Assembly: GCA_043228905.1 (NCBI GenBank) | Contig: JBHGNT010000011.1 | Location: 6,758,001-6,822,000, forward strand | DNA: 64,000 bases | Direction of reading: 5' to 3' | Source: Azolla caroliniana | Lineage: Eukaryota > Plantae > Polypodiophyta | Shown here: positions 14,201-26,585 of the stretch, in pieces | How the letters are laid out: each line of letters opens with the position of its first letter | How positions within the stretch are numbered: position 1 is the stretch's first letter | Position numbers and translations under genes: made by a program | Notes under the pieces: generated by a model | The model's database searches: none | The model's input: the letters and a program-made list of their open reading frames with translations, nothing else | What the model was told of the DNA's origin: nothing

Positions 14201-15250
14201 ACCTTCATTTCCCATCCGGACACAGCCGTGCTCACCGGCTGTGTAGGATGAGAAGTATTTCTTCTCCGGGGTCAGGTGGAATGACGCTCCGGAATCGACC
14301 ACCCAGGTCATCTCTTCACCGGCAAGGTTCAGCTCCCTCTCTTCGGTAATGAGCATTATCTCTTCTTCACTTGCCGCAAGTGCCGTCGTTCCTTTCCGGT
14401 CCTGCCCTCGCCGATCCGGACCTCTCCGGTCCGTGGCTCCCCGGTATGCACCGTTTCGCTCCGGTGACTTCTTCGAATCGGTACCGTCGGTTCCGTTGTC
14501 TTTCCGGAAATGCCGACAGTTCTTCTGGAAGTGCCCCGGCTTCCCACAGTAGAAGCATGTAGGTCTTCCCCTCGACTGCGACCGTGTCCCCGACTTCTCC
14601 CGTCTTTGCGGACTCCGGTTCCGTTGTCTTCCCCGTTCCGATTCGGTAAGCAGCGCCTTCGAGTCGGAGGCCGGTTCATCTTTCCAACGCGCTTCTTCAT
14701 TTAGAATACTTGTCTTTACCGTTAGTAAAGACAAGTTCTCTTCCTTACAGGAGGTGCTGAGAGTAACTACCAAGTTCTCCCAGCTCTCCGGAAGGGTACA
14801 CATCAGCATGATGGCTTGCATTGCGTCATCCAACGGGAACTTGATCGCCGCAAGCTGGTTCACGAATCCCATGAACGTGCTGACGTGTTCGACCATGCTC
14901 TCGCCGTCCCGGTACTTAAGATTCACTATCTTCCTCATCAGGGAGGTCCGGGTCAGAGCATTCTTCCTCTCATACAGTCCGGACAGCTTCTGCCACATCT
15001 CATAGGCGTTCGTATCGTTCGTCACATGTTGCAGGACACTTACATCGACATATTGCCGGATCGTCGCTACGGCTTTCCGGTTCAGGAGCTTCCACTCCGA
15101 CTCTATTACCCCCTTGGGTATCTCGGCATTGTCGATCGGTTCGTACAGGTCTCGAACGATGAGAAGGTCTTCCATCTTTATCTTCTAGTCGGCGTAGTTC
15201 TGTGAGTTCAACACCATCATGCCCGGAGGCCCACTACCGCCGCCTTCCAT
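11206..15250 (-). pseudogene. Element C gag-pol (Gag, CCHC knuckle, PR, INT, RT, RNase H) with one early stop and one frameshift
   Basis: CFYCGKPGHFQKNC, WVVDSGASFH, WHKRLCH..CTDC, LVHTDVC, YVDDML, STTEAEY. TAG at ~15186 and frame change at ~13500-13580. Confidence 0.95.
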
Positions 15251-15281
15251 TTTCTGTGTTACCGATGCTCTGATACCACTT

Positions 15282-15948
15282 TGTCGAACACAGTGCTCGG
15301 CCTCAACCGAGGAATAGGATCAACTCACAGAAAACAGGAAATACAAAATGCACGAAGACAATGGAGAGCAGAGTACACAGGATGTTTTACGTGGAAAACC
15401 CTAAATGGGAAAAACCACGGGAGTCCTCAAACTCCAACTATCACTATAAGCAGAGATGTACAATGGTGAGGCTACAAGGCAACAACCTTGAGCTCACTGT
15501 CTTCGCCACAGGCGGCGGTAATACACAGAGGCAACGACCTCTTCGTCTCTCTCTCTCTCTCTCTCTCGGCTGCTCACTTAGCTCCCTCTAAGTGGAAAAC
15601 CAGAAAAATGAGTAACAACAACTAAACTGTTTGCCCTAAGTCATATTTATACACATATGACTTTCGGGCTATTTACAAATATAGCCTCAAGGGCTCTTGG
15701 CAAACATATTCACAAATATGTCCCCGCATCCGGATCTCTCTCCGTGTACATTCGTCATCCGGCTCCGTAGCCGGGGTCTTCATCATCCGGCTCCGTAGCC
15801 GGGGTCTTCATCATCCGGCTCCGTAGCCGGGGTACTCTTCATCCGGCTTCATGCCGGGGTACTCTTCATTCTCCGGTTCCGTAACCGCAACCGGGCTTGC
15901 CGTCATTCATCTCCGGCCATCCCATCCGGAGGGACCGAAATCCCAACA
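15282..15948 (-). repeat. Element C 5' LTR
   Basis: Adjacent to the iMet PBS; followed by TSD gcccg. Confidence 0.95.
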
Positions 15949-15953
15949 GCCCG

Positions 15954-18900
15954 AACCATCTTTTTGCGAACTTCCTTGTTGTACTGTGTTGATTGTCAAG
16001 GGTGTTGTCGTAAACCAAAACCCAATCCCCTTCTTCAATCTTCTTGGGACGAAGTCGATGCGTGTTGTCGAACCGAACTTTGTTATTTACTCGGGCTGCC
16101 TTCATCATCTTTCGCGCTTTTTCTAAATCTTCAGGTCTTCTTTCAAGTTGCCTTATCCGCGCCGCTAATAACTCTTCTCGGCTCATCTCGTTCTCCCACG
16201 GTATCGCTACCCATGAGGCGATCGTCCTTTCGATGGGCATAATCGGCTTTTGTCCATACATAAGCTCTGTCGGCATATACCCTGTCACCGAGCTATGTGT
16301 CGTTCTATCGGCCCTCAAGGCATAGGGTAATAGTCGTGGCCAATTCCCGACTCGACCGTTGCATGCCCGTACGATGGCTTTAACGATAGGTCCATGCCCT
16401 CGCTCGATCTTCCCATTTGCTTCCGGATTGTAGGTAGTCGTGAGGGAGAGATTCACGCCTAGTCTTTCGAAGAGCTCCGTCGCTTCGTGCGCGTCCAACT
16501 CCCCTCGGTCGGCCACTATCTTCCCTACACATCCATATCTACAAACAACATCTTCAAGTAGAAATTTGCAAACGGCTGAAGTCGTCTTATTTGTCAAGGC
16601 TCGTCCTTCCACTTGATTTGTCAAGTCTTCCCTTGCCAGCGCTAAGTACTTCATTTGTCCCACTCCCATTGGCATCGAGACCAGATCCACCAACCATTTG
16701 AAGTGTATGGTGAGTGGGTATGTCGGCTTTAACTCATCACGATGACATATATTTGAATATACTTGGCAAGTTTCGCATGTGGACATGAAATGGAGTACAT
16801 CTTTGTACATGCTTGGCCACCAGTACTTCTCCTTCAACTTTTCAAACGTCGCCCATGTTCCTCTATGACCTGCCCAAGCACTCTCGTGGAATTCGGTCAT
16901 CAGCGTCTCTTGCTCTTCTTTCTTTACCACCACTCGACGTGGTATTCCTGTCCTTCTTTTTGGATGTCGCCAAAGGAATCCTCCCTTCAAGAAGTATCGG
17001 TAAGCTTTCTTTCGGATTCGTAGGGCCTCCTCCTTTGTCAACGAAGCATCTGCCGTCAATGTTCTTAGGAATCTACCGATGAGTAACCACTCTCCTTAGT
17101 ACTCGTTCTCGTTGAAGGCGTGGAGGGTTTGCGTGTCCTGGTCTTCCGCTGACAATAGAGCCATCTTGAAGAAGTCGAGGGCGACATCTTCATCTTCCGA
17201 AACCATGTTACTTCCATTTGAAAATCTTGCCCTTGACAGCATGTCAGCCATGGTGTTCTTCTTCCCTGCAATGTGACGGATCTCTGGGTTTAAAGATTTG
17301 ATGTAGGCGATCCACCTTAGCATAGCAAGATCTGGGGTCGCACATCCCAAGACCATTCCGAGAATTGGGAGACAATCTGTCTCTATTATCACTTCTGACC
17401 CGATCAGGTAATCTTTGTCCGTCTTCACTGCCGACACAATACCCCAAAGTTCCCGCTTGACTTGGGCATATCTTTGTTGCCGTTCGTTGAGAACCTTTGC
17501 TCCGAACCGGACGGCATATCGCGCATTATCTTCACCTTCTTGATTGATGACCCACCCGTTTCCGGTTGGGCTTGTATCTACGGTCACGTAAATTGGTTTC
17601 CCTTCGGCATAGTCGGCCTTCCTTAGTGCCGGAGCTTCAAGAAGCAGTTTCTTTAATCTTCGCATCGCCTCTGTGTGCTCGTCTCGCCATTCGAACTTTA
17701 TTCTTTTCTTTAGTAGTCCATATAACGGTTCAGCGACATGAGCGTAGTGAGGAATCCATATATAATAAAACGCGCACGCTCCAAGGAACCTTCGAACCTC
17801 CGTTTGGTTTTCGCATTCTTCTTTCATGTCTTGGATTGCGTTCACTTTGGATGGCGAGGGCTTCCGGCCGTATGCTCCACACAAGTGACCTACCACCAAG
17901 ATCTCCGGTTACCCGAATGCGGATTTTTCTCCTAAAAATGTCAAATTCGCATCTTCGAGCCTTTGAAGCACCTTCTCGCAATCTTTCATATGATCCGCAA
18001 CGAACTTTCTACAACCTTCCTTATCTTTCGATTCATCTGTCTCCTCATTTGAACATCCTTTTATCGGAATATCATCCAAGAATGGCATCATGATGTCCGG
18101 AATGCAATCCTTCAAGACTTTATTCATGGCATTCACCATATGAGCCACCGAGTTCGTTGCGCCTTGGGGTAAGGTACACATCCGCACAAGCCCGATCGGA
18201 GTCCTCATGGTTGTAATGTCCCGACTGTCGATCGCCAATTGGAATTGTTCATATCCGGAGTAGAGATCGCCAATGGAGTAGATGGACCCGCAAACGCTTC
18301 AACAAATTCGTCCACGCTCGGACCGATTCCGGCATTTCGAATTGTCACCTTGTTGACGGGTTGAAGATCTTGGATGAATCGCAATGATCCATTCTTCTTC
18401 AGCTCCGTGAACCACCTATTGGAATAAGGGGCATTCGAAGGTTCTAGAATTCCCATACTCACCTTCTCCTTTAAGAGCTCGATCAGCTTCGGAAGGTGTG
18501 CTCTCGGAACCGGTATCGGCTTCAAATTCCAAGGCACATGAGGCACCGTGATGATCACCATCGGCTCTATAACCTTTGGGTCGGCGCATCCGATTTCTCG
18601 TGGGAAGAATGCGAAAGCCTTCCCATGTCTCTCAAGCATATCGCGAAACATTCGCTCCTCTTCAGGGAGAAGGAAATCCTCCTTTCCAACTCGTAGCTTC
18701 CCCTTCGTCTCTTTGGTGAAGACATGACCTATCTTCTTCGGATCTCTTAAGCTTGGATCGTTAGCGACTTCCTTCATCTTTTGCCAGCTATCTTCCGGTA
18801 GCAGAACCGCAACTGGCTTGATCTTCTTATCCACCGTTTTATATTTCGTGTTGATTTCAGCTTCCTTCATCGAGATGCCACGACGGTATTCATCGATGAT

Positions 18901-19167
18901 AGCGTACATGTTGACGGAGTTAACCGAAATCACACGTTGATTGTGAAGATAGCTCAAGTCCACGACGTCCTCGATTTCGCCGATGGTGTCGTTAAATGAG
19001 GCTTCTTCCATAATATGAGTCACGAACTCTCCTTCTTCTATTATGTTTTCTTCTTTCAACATCTTCTCGAATTCTTGTATCCGGCGCTTGTGCTTCTTGT
19101 CAAGTAGTACTAGTTTACATGCGCCACTAGGTGTGACACATGTTGGTTCTCCTCGCAATCCACGCAC
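15954..19167 (-). pseudogene. Element B pol (RT, RNase H, integrase), fragmented; C-terminal tail continues below 10554
   Basis: LRFIQDLQPVN, TLPQGATNS, PFLDDIPI, VTVDTSP, IETDCLP, integrase H..GH..C..C, IVADRGE, NGKIERGH. Confidence 0.93.
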
Positions 19168-19232
19168 TCTTCTTTCTTGTGGGGTCTTGTGATTGCTTGG
19201 ACTATTTGTGCCCCATGCTTCAATAGTCCGCT

Positions 19233-21431
19233 CTAAAAATCCGAGGATTCACCTCCGAGACTATCTCGATTCCTTTCATGATTGGCTCGCACCGTTAGGA
19301 ATTGAACCGATCTTTGGTTGTCAAGACTCTTTATTCGTGTGAAGGCTGCTCCATTATCGAACACTTTGGTCTCCATCTGAGATGATGTGATATAAGGTTG
19401 CCCTAGGATTACAGGATGCGACGCCGATTCTTGTACGAAGAAGTGTTGATCCATCTCCACATCCCCGATCGTGACTTTGACATTGGGACAAGCTCCATAC
19501 AAATCCTCCGTAGAATTTGTTGCCGCGCGAATCTTCCATCCGTGGTTTGTATTGATTGGCCATCTTCCTTTTTTGTAGAAGTTGGTTGACATGAGGTTGA
19601 TCTCCGAGCCGTGGTCGATCAAGGCTACCACGGTCTCTTCCTTCTCCCCGATCTTCACCGGCGTCTCCGTTGTCGCTCGTGCCCAATGAGGTCGAGTGTA
19701 GTGGTTGTCCACCATATCTTCATCGATTTCTTCTCTTGTCATCGTTATGGCATTCATTTTTGCTTTTTGCGGCTTCTCTTCTTCCTCGTCCGATTGTTGT
19801 CTCTTTCTCTTTACAAGGTCCACGATCGTGTCATGGAACTCCTTCTTCGTAATGCCTAGCAATTCCCTCAAGGACAAAGTTACGTGGCTATCAAGAACTC
19901 GTTCTTCGAGAATCTTCTTTAGGTCCGTCGTCTGTTCTATGTCCGACCTTAGCTTATAGGTAGCTATAGTCCTTGTCCTCCGAGTGGGGTCTTCGACACC
20001 AACCTTCACGGGCCGAACCGTTTCTTCAACTCGTATGCTCGGCTCCCCTTTTCGGCTTGATTCTCGTTCCTCTGTTTGTAAAGGTTGACTCGTCTCCGCA
20101 TCGTCCTTCTTTTTCGCGTTCCTTGTTTCATGTCTTTTTGATGGCCCTTGCTCTTCTATTCTCTTTCTCTTTTCTTTGACGAACACCTCGTGGTTGTCGC
20201 ACATCACCTCTGCGAGTATGGTGTTGTCGTCCACCGGATCCGACCACCCGGTTATGCTTTGCACGCTTCGGTCCGCAAGCTCTACCTCGTTCGATGTGAT
20301 TTTTCCCTTCTTCTCATATTCGAGAACGGAAGTCCAAAACTTTGCTCCCGCTCTAGCAGCTTCAGTCTTGTCTTTCCCGACTCTTATTCCGGCCGACGCA
20401 GCATAGTGCATCGTATCCACATGAGTCGCATCGGCATCCTCCATAGATTTCTTCATTCCTCCTCTTCCAAAATTCACCCGTAGGGGTCTTCTAGTCTCGC
20501 TTGAACAGATCATGTTGTCCTCTATGTATACGATATTTTGTCGAATCGCCTCTCGAAGGCTCGCACAATCCCTTCTCATGTGGTCCATGCTATCGCACCA
20601 CACGCATCTAAAGGGTTCTTTTCCTTTAGGGCCCCGATGATTCATGTTGGCTAGAGTGACCTTCTCGAACTTCTTTGCTAGCTCTTCAATGATGTCGTCA
20701 TCAATCTTCTTTTCTTCCACGTTACTTTGTCTTGGCGGCTCAGCTACTTTCGGCGGTCTTGCTTTCTCCGTGGTAGTCGGTCCCGTCAAGTCGGTGTCAT
20801 CAACCCATTGGCGACGCTTGTCGAGCCTATTGCATGCCCTCTTCACCGTGATCTAGTCCGCTACGAGCCCATTTGCTTGGGTATCATCTTCGAGAAGAGT
20901 CCCCAACTCCCGTCTATCCTTTATGTCCACGGCCTTCAAGAAGTACAAAGTCTTGTCCTCTTCAAGCAACACTTGGTCCGTATTGGGGAGATGACTAAAC
21001 ATCTGGTCGAATTCGTCGTACACCCTCGAGACGCTCATCTTCTTATTCTTCTTCTCTATCCACTTCATCAGGGCATGTCGAGTCATCCTCGTTGAGTCTT
21101 CAGTCACGAACTCCGCTAGTATCGTTTTCTCGAACTCGGACCATGTTGTCTTACCTTCTTGAAGCTCGATGACGTGTCTTTGGATGTTGTTGGCGACAAC
21201 TCTCTTGAAGCTTGCGATTTGACGTGCCTCGGACACGTCCCTTTGATTAATCTCCCTTCTATATGCATCAAGGAACTTCGTAACGTTCCTTCCATCGATT
21301 TGGCCCTCGAGCTCTACGACACGATCGACAGCCTTCTCCACGCTCGCATCGTTGTCCCGAGTTCTCATCATTTGCTCGACGATTAGCATCATCCTTTCGA
21401 GCTCTCCCGCTTGGTTGCTTGAGGACGCCAT
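19233..21431 (-). pseudogene. Element B gag-protease with in-frame stop at ~20853
   Basis: Zn knuckle CVWCDSMDHMRRDC; protease ALIDHGSEIN..VILGQP. Confidence 0.9.
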
Positions 21432-21472
21432 CTCCAAGTATTAATCTCGACTTGATCCTTCCTACCACCTCT

Positions 21473-21490
21473 TTCACGTCGGGTTCACCA
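21473..21490 (-). promoter_or_regulatory. PBS of element B (tRNA-Trp)
   Basis: ttcacgtcgggttcacca, 18 nt, 8 nt from the LTR. Confidence 0.88.
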
Positions 21491-21498
21491 CTTAATTA

Positions 21499-22538
21499 TG
21501 TCATGAAGATCCGTCACTACGCGCGGATCGTGAGGCGGAACCGCCGGGGTTCTGGACCAGAAGGATTTAGAGTCGATACAAGCTTTGGCGAGAAAGTACT
21601 TAAGATAGATTGGGAAAGAGAGAAGTTGAGATTAAAAGATTGAGAAAGATTGATTGAAGTTTTATCTTTGGATTTAAGAAACAAGTTACACCATCAATTT
21701 GATAACAAATTTCTTCCTCTTAATTTTCATAAAAGAAAACCGTGTTTTTTCTCCTCCCCCTTCCCTCTTTTATAGATGCTCTCATGCATATGATGCATGT
21801 GAGGGTACAAGACATGCATAAATTGCATGTTTGCCATTTGGCGCTTATGTATTACATGTGGTGCATGATAACCATGTCACTCATTTTAGCTCTCATGTAT
21901 GAGAATTTACATGTAAAAGTACAATGATAGAAATATAATTTCAACTAAATAGCATGGCTTAATGGTAAGCCAATTGACTCCTAACTTGGAGGTGCAAGGT
22001 TCGAATCCTTACTTGCCCTCCTTGTATATGTAAATATGTATATATATTTATATATTTATTTATCTAGTCATCGGACGCCGGTTCGCCGGATACCGTCGGT
22101 TACCGGTGCCGTCGCCGAATTGCCGCCGGATCACCGGCTCTATCGCCGGTCCGGTTTTGGTTGGCCAAAACCCTTTACGAGTAGCTAGCCCACCTCTACT
22201 CTTAGTTCAAGTTACCTTGAAATCTCTATGCTCCACACATAGACACAAAGATAATATCTTTTGCTCCACCTTATATATGATGAGAGCTGTATTTGTCGTG
22301 CCTATGTGGGATATCTCACAATTTTCTCTTTTCCTTTCACAAACTTTATACCCTCATATCTTGACATTTAGTTGTCCGTTTCTTGTGTAATAAAGTGCAT
22401 TCGAAACCTCCATCATTTTGTACTTAGATATTAAATCTATTTAAAATGTTATCTTTACAATTATTGTACTATGTGATTCATACTCAATTTCGTACGTTTT
22501 ATGGGATTTTCACACTATTGCCGAAAATCTTCACGACA
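21499..22538 (-). repeat. Element B 5' LTR
   Basis: Direct repeat of 9271-10301; followed by TSD acgt. Confidence 0.95.
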
Positions 22539-22542
22539 ACGT

Positions 22543-23009
22543 ATATTTACAAGAAGCAACATACAACAATCGTCTACTGCCAGGCCGCTGGTCGGGGAGC
22601 TCACGGGCTCGTCGCGCCGAGCGGGGTCTTGCACAGCAAACAGGGCAGATACCGAACCTACAGGTATCAAGCTAGACTCATAGAGTGATGAAGAAGAAGC
22701 AGAGGAGCAGAAGAAGAAGAAACCTTAAAACAAGAGAGAGAGAGGAAGAGAGAATGTGTCTCCATCTAACGGTATACCCTACTAATACAAAATGGGCAAC
22801 CCCTTCGTAAAGGGGCACTCCCTTCCTTTTATAGAACAAGGAGAGGGATGCGTTACAATGTGGGATAACCCCGACTTAACTACTGTTCGGCGCCATAAAG
22901 GCACCCTCGTTATTCACACTAAATGTACAAGGGTGACTACACCTGCTGCACGCCGCTGATGTAACCAACATTTCCCGATTTCCGCCTCTGGCCAAAATTC
23001 TTCATAATA
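22543..23009 (-). repeat. Element A 5' LTR, U3-side part
   Basis: Homologous to the D LTR (ggcaacccc..ctcccttccttttatag..tacaatgtgg..tttccgcct..cttca); degenerate end cttcataata abuts the 3' half of a tRNA-Asp. Confidence 0.78.
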
Positions 23010-23638
23010 GCGGGTGACCCGGGTTCGATCCCTGGCAATGGAGCGAAGGGCGTGGCAAATCTCATGTCATCTTCGAGCGCATTCTTTCTTGGTCCATTGG
23101 ATTCTTTATCCCTTTAAAACACTTGGGGGTGAACAATGGGTCGTCAGCGAGGGAGGGACTATATTACCATGATCTCGTTCGAGTGCACACATCGCTATTC
23201 CAGTTCATATGCAGACGAACATCGTCACATAACATGCATTGGCGGTGTGAGCAAGTATTACAGAGGATATATCCTCCAATCCCAACATGTCATTGTAGTA
23301 TAGTGGTGAGTATTCCCGCCTGTCACGCGGGTGACCCAGGTTCAATCCCCGGCAACAACGCGAAGGATGGGGCGAATCTCCTGTCATCTTCTAGGGCATT
23401 GTTGCTTCTGTTCGATTCTCTATCCCTTTCAAACACTTGGGGGCGTACAGTGGGTTGTCAGCGAGAGAGGGCCCATACTACCATCATCTAGTCCGAGAGC
23501 ACACATGGGTATTGCAGTTCATATGCGGACGACATCTTCGCATAACATGTATTTGCGACGAAACTGGGCCATGTTTTCAACATTCCAGTACATGGTCCGA
23601 GCCAGTAGTACAGAGGATACTTCCTCCAACACCAATAT

Positions 23639-23710
23639 GTCGTAGTAGTATAGTTGTGAGTATTCCCGCCTGTCACGCGGGTGACTCGGGTTCGATCCCC
23701 GGCAACGGCG
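23639..23710 (+). pseudogene. tRNA-Asp(GTC) copy, 3 differences from the array consensus
   Basis: gtcgtagtagtatagttgtgagtattcccgcctgtcacgcgggtgactcgggttcgatccccggcaacggcg; D-loop GG mutated. Confidence 0.88.
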
Positions 23711-25095
23711 CGAAGGACGGGGCGAATTTCATGTCATCTTCAAGGGCATTCTTCTTCGGTCCATTGGATTCTCCATCCCTTTCAAAAACTTAGTGGGGTA
23801 CAGTGGGTTATCAGAAAGCGAGGGCCTATATTACCATGATCTCGTCCCAGTGCAACACAGATGGTCCGAACAAGTGTAGTCACCACTATACTAGACTTCC
23901 TCCAACACCAACATGTGGTTGTAGTATATTGGTGAGTATTCCCGCCTGTCACGCGGGTGACCTGGGCTCGATCCCCGGCAACGGCGCGAAGGACGTGGCA
24001 AATCTCTTGTCATCTTCGAGGGCATTGTTTCTCGCTCCGTTGGATTCTCTATCCTGTTCAAACACTTGGGTGCATAGAGTGGGTCGTCAGCGAGGGAGGG
24101 ACTATGTTACCATGATCTCGTCCGAGTGCACATATGGGTATTCTAGTTCATATGCGGACGAACATTGTCACATGACATGCATTGGAGACAAAACCGGGCT
24201 ATATTTTTGACATTCTGGTAGTGGTGAGTATTGCCGCCTGTCACGCGGGATGTTCGTCCCATGACATGCATTGGCGACGAAACCGGGCTATATTTTTTAC
24301 ATTCCGGTAGTGGTGAGTATTGCCGCCTGTCACGCGGGTGACCCGGGTTTGATCCCCGACAACGACGCAAATGACGGGGTGAATCTCCTATCATCTTCTA
24401 GGGCATTGTTGCTCGCTTCGTTGGATTCTTTTAAACAGGCGTACAGTGGGTTGTCAGTGAGCAAGGGCCCATATTATCATGATCTATTCCGAGAGCACAC
24501 ATGCGGACGAACATCTTCACATAACATGTATTTGCGACGAAACCAGGCCATGTTTTCAACATTCCGGTACATGGTCGGAGCAAGTAGTACAGAGGATACT
24601 TCTTCCAACACCAACCTATTGTTGTAGTATAGTGGGGAGTATTCCCGCCTGTCATGCGGGTGAATCTCCTGTCATCTTCTAGGGCACTCTTGCTCGCTCC
24701 GTTGTATTCTCTATCCCTTTCAAACACTTGGGGGTGTACATTCTCTTATCAGCGAGCGCGGGCGCATATTAGCATGATCTCGTCCGAGTACATAGATAGG
24801 TATTCCAGTTCATATGCGGACAAACATCTTCGAATAACATGTATTTGCGATCAAACCGCGAGATTTTGTACCCCTTACGAAGACATTGGGGCATACAATG
24901 GGTTGTCAGTGAGAGAGGGTACATATTACCATGATCTCGTCTGATTGCACACATGGGTATTCTAGATCATATGTGAACGAACATCGTCGCATAACATTTA
25001 TTGGCGACGAGACTGGGCCATGTTTTCGACATTCCGGTACATGGTCCGAACAAGTAGTACTCACCACTATACTAGACTTCCTCGAACACCAACAT

Positions 25096-25167
25096 GTCAT
25101 TGTAGTATAGTGGTGAGTATTCCCGCCTGTCACGCGGGTGATCCGGGTTCGATCACCGGCAACAGCG
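25096..25167 (+). tRNA. tRNA-Asp(GTC)-like copy with intact A box and anticodon arm (probably non-functional)
   Basis: 72 nt; substitutions in the acceptor and T stems; no adjacent T-run terminator. Confidence 0.5.
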
Positions 25168-25825
25168 CGAAAGGCGTGGCAAATCTCTTGTCATCTTCGA
25201 GGGCATTTTTTCTCGCGCCGTTGGATTCTCGATCCCTTCCAAACACTTGGGGGTGCACAGTTTGTTGTCAGCGACGGAGGGACTATATTACCATGATCTG
25301 GTCCGAGTGCACACATGGATATTCCAGTTCATATGCGGACGAACATCGTGAGATAACATGCATTGGCGACGAAACCGGGCTATATTTTCGACATTCTGGT
25401 ACATGGTCCGAGAAAGTAGTACAGAGAATATATCCTCCAACACCAACATGTCGTTGTAGTATAGTGGTGAGTATTCTGGCCTATGGCGCGGCTGACCCGG
25501 GTTCGATCCCCGGCAATGGTGCAAAGGGCGGGGCAAATCTGTTGTCATCTTCTAGGCCATTCTTGCTCGCTCCGTTGTATTCTCTATCCCTTTCAAACAC
25601 TTGGGGGCGTACATTCGCTTATCAGCGAGTGAGGGCCCATATTTCGATGATCTCGTTCGAGTGCACAGATAGGTATTCCAATTCATATATGGACGAATAT
25701 CTTCGTATAACATGTATTTGCGACGAAATTGGGCCATGTTTTCGACATTTCGGTACATGGTCCTAGCAAGTAGTACAAAGGATACTTCTTCCAACACCAA
25801 CATGTTGTTGTAGTATAATGGTGAG

Positions 25826-26556
25826 TGTTGGGAGACAGGTCCCTCCGGATGGTGCAGACCCAGTATGAACCGGATGAGGAGTACCCGGCTACGGAGCTCC
25901 GGATGGTGCAGACCCGGTATGAACCGGATGAGGAGTACCTGGCTACGGAGAGCCGGATGGTGCCGACCCGGTATGTATCAAATAAGGAGTACCCGACTAC
26001 GGAGAGTCGGATGGTGCAGACCTGGTATGTGAACCGGATGAGGAGTACCTGGCTACGGAGAGCCGGATGGTGCAAACCCGGTATGAACCGGATGAAGAGA
26101 CATATTCGTAAATATGTTTCTGAGAGCCCATCAAGGCTATATTTGTAAATAGCCGAAAAGTCATATTAGTATAAATATGATTTAGGGCAAACCTTTAGGG
26201 TTGGTTGTGGTTGTCATTTCTTGTTGGTGCAAGAAAAGCGTGAGTGTGTAATTGTACAGAGAGTGAGAGAGAGAGAAAGAGGTCGCTGCCTCTGTTGTAA
26301 CCGCCATCTGTGGCGAAGATCTGTGAGCACGAGGTCGTTGCCTCAGTGAACTCACTATTGTATATTCTTACATAGTGACAGTTTGCAGCTTGTGGGCTGC
26401 CGTGGTTTTTTTTTTCCCTAGTTTGGGGTTTTCCACGTAAACTTCATGTGTACTCTTCTCTTCCATTGTGTCGTTCTTTATTTCCCGTTTTCTGTGTCTG
26501 ATCCTAAGCTTGGTTGTGGTCGAGCGTTGCGTATAGGGAGCGTTGAGTTCCCAACA
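25826..26556 (+). repeat. Element E 5' LTR with ~54-bp tandem repeats in U3
   Basis: tgttggg...cccaaca; 4-5 copies of ccggatggtgcagacccggtatgaaccggatgaggagtacc.ggctacggagag. Confidence 0.95.
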
Positions 26557-26585
26557 AGTGGTATCAGAGCGAAACAGCACAGAAA

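Larger units (their letters stand above)
10555..15948 (-). mobile_element. Element C: full-length Ty1/copia (Tnt1/Tork-like), young, inserted in the B integrase
   Basis: LTRs 10555-11195 and 15282-15948 almost identical; TSD gcccg; iMet PBS (gctctgatacca 15267-15278); PPT 11196-11208. B integrase reads through the site (KRWFG|PYVVTSAND). Confidence 0.97.
9271..22538 (-). mobile_element. Element B: full-length Ty3/gypsy (Phygy-like, provisional), defective, interrupted by copia C
   Basis: Paired ~1.03-kb LTRs with terminal inverted repeat tgtcgtgaag/cttcacgaca, TSD acgt, Trp PBS, PPT at 10302-10313, gag-PR-RT-RH-INT order. Confidence 0.95.
5278..23009 (-). mobile_element. Element A: pol-less (as visible) Ty3/gypsy-derived LTR element, 3' end missing, interrupted by M and B
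   Basis: 5' LTR 9005-9270 + 22543-23009 (split by B), tRNA-Trp PBS 8984-9000, gag-like ORF from 8967. Internal region is homologous to element D. Confidence 0.8.
23010..25825 (+). repeat. tRNA-Asp satellite, block 2
   Basis: tRNA copies start at ~23289, 23639, 23914, 25096, 25450 and 25804, plus partial ones. Confidence 0.96.

Noticed and set aside
23010-25825. tRNA-derived SINE cluster
   Set aside because: Head-to-tail units with full tRNA bodies, no poly(A/T) tails and no TSDs between copies.
25825-26148. Repeat protein (RMVQTRYEPDEEY..)n
   Set aside because: Translation of the 54-bp U3 tandem repeat of the copia LTR.
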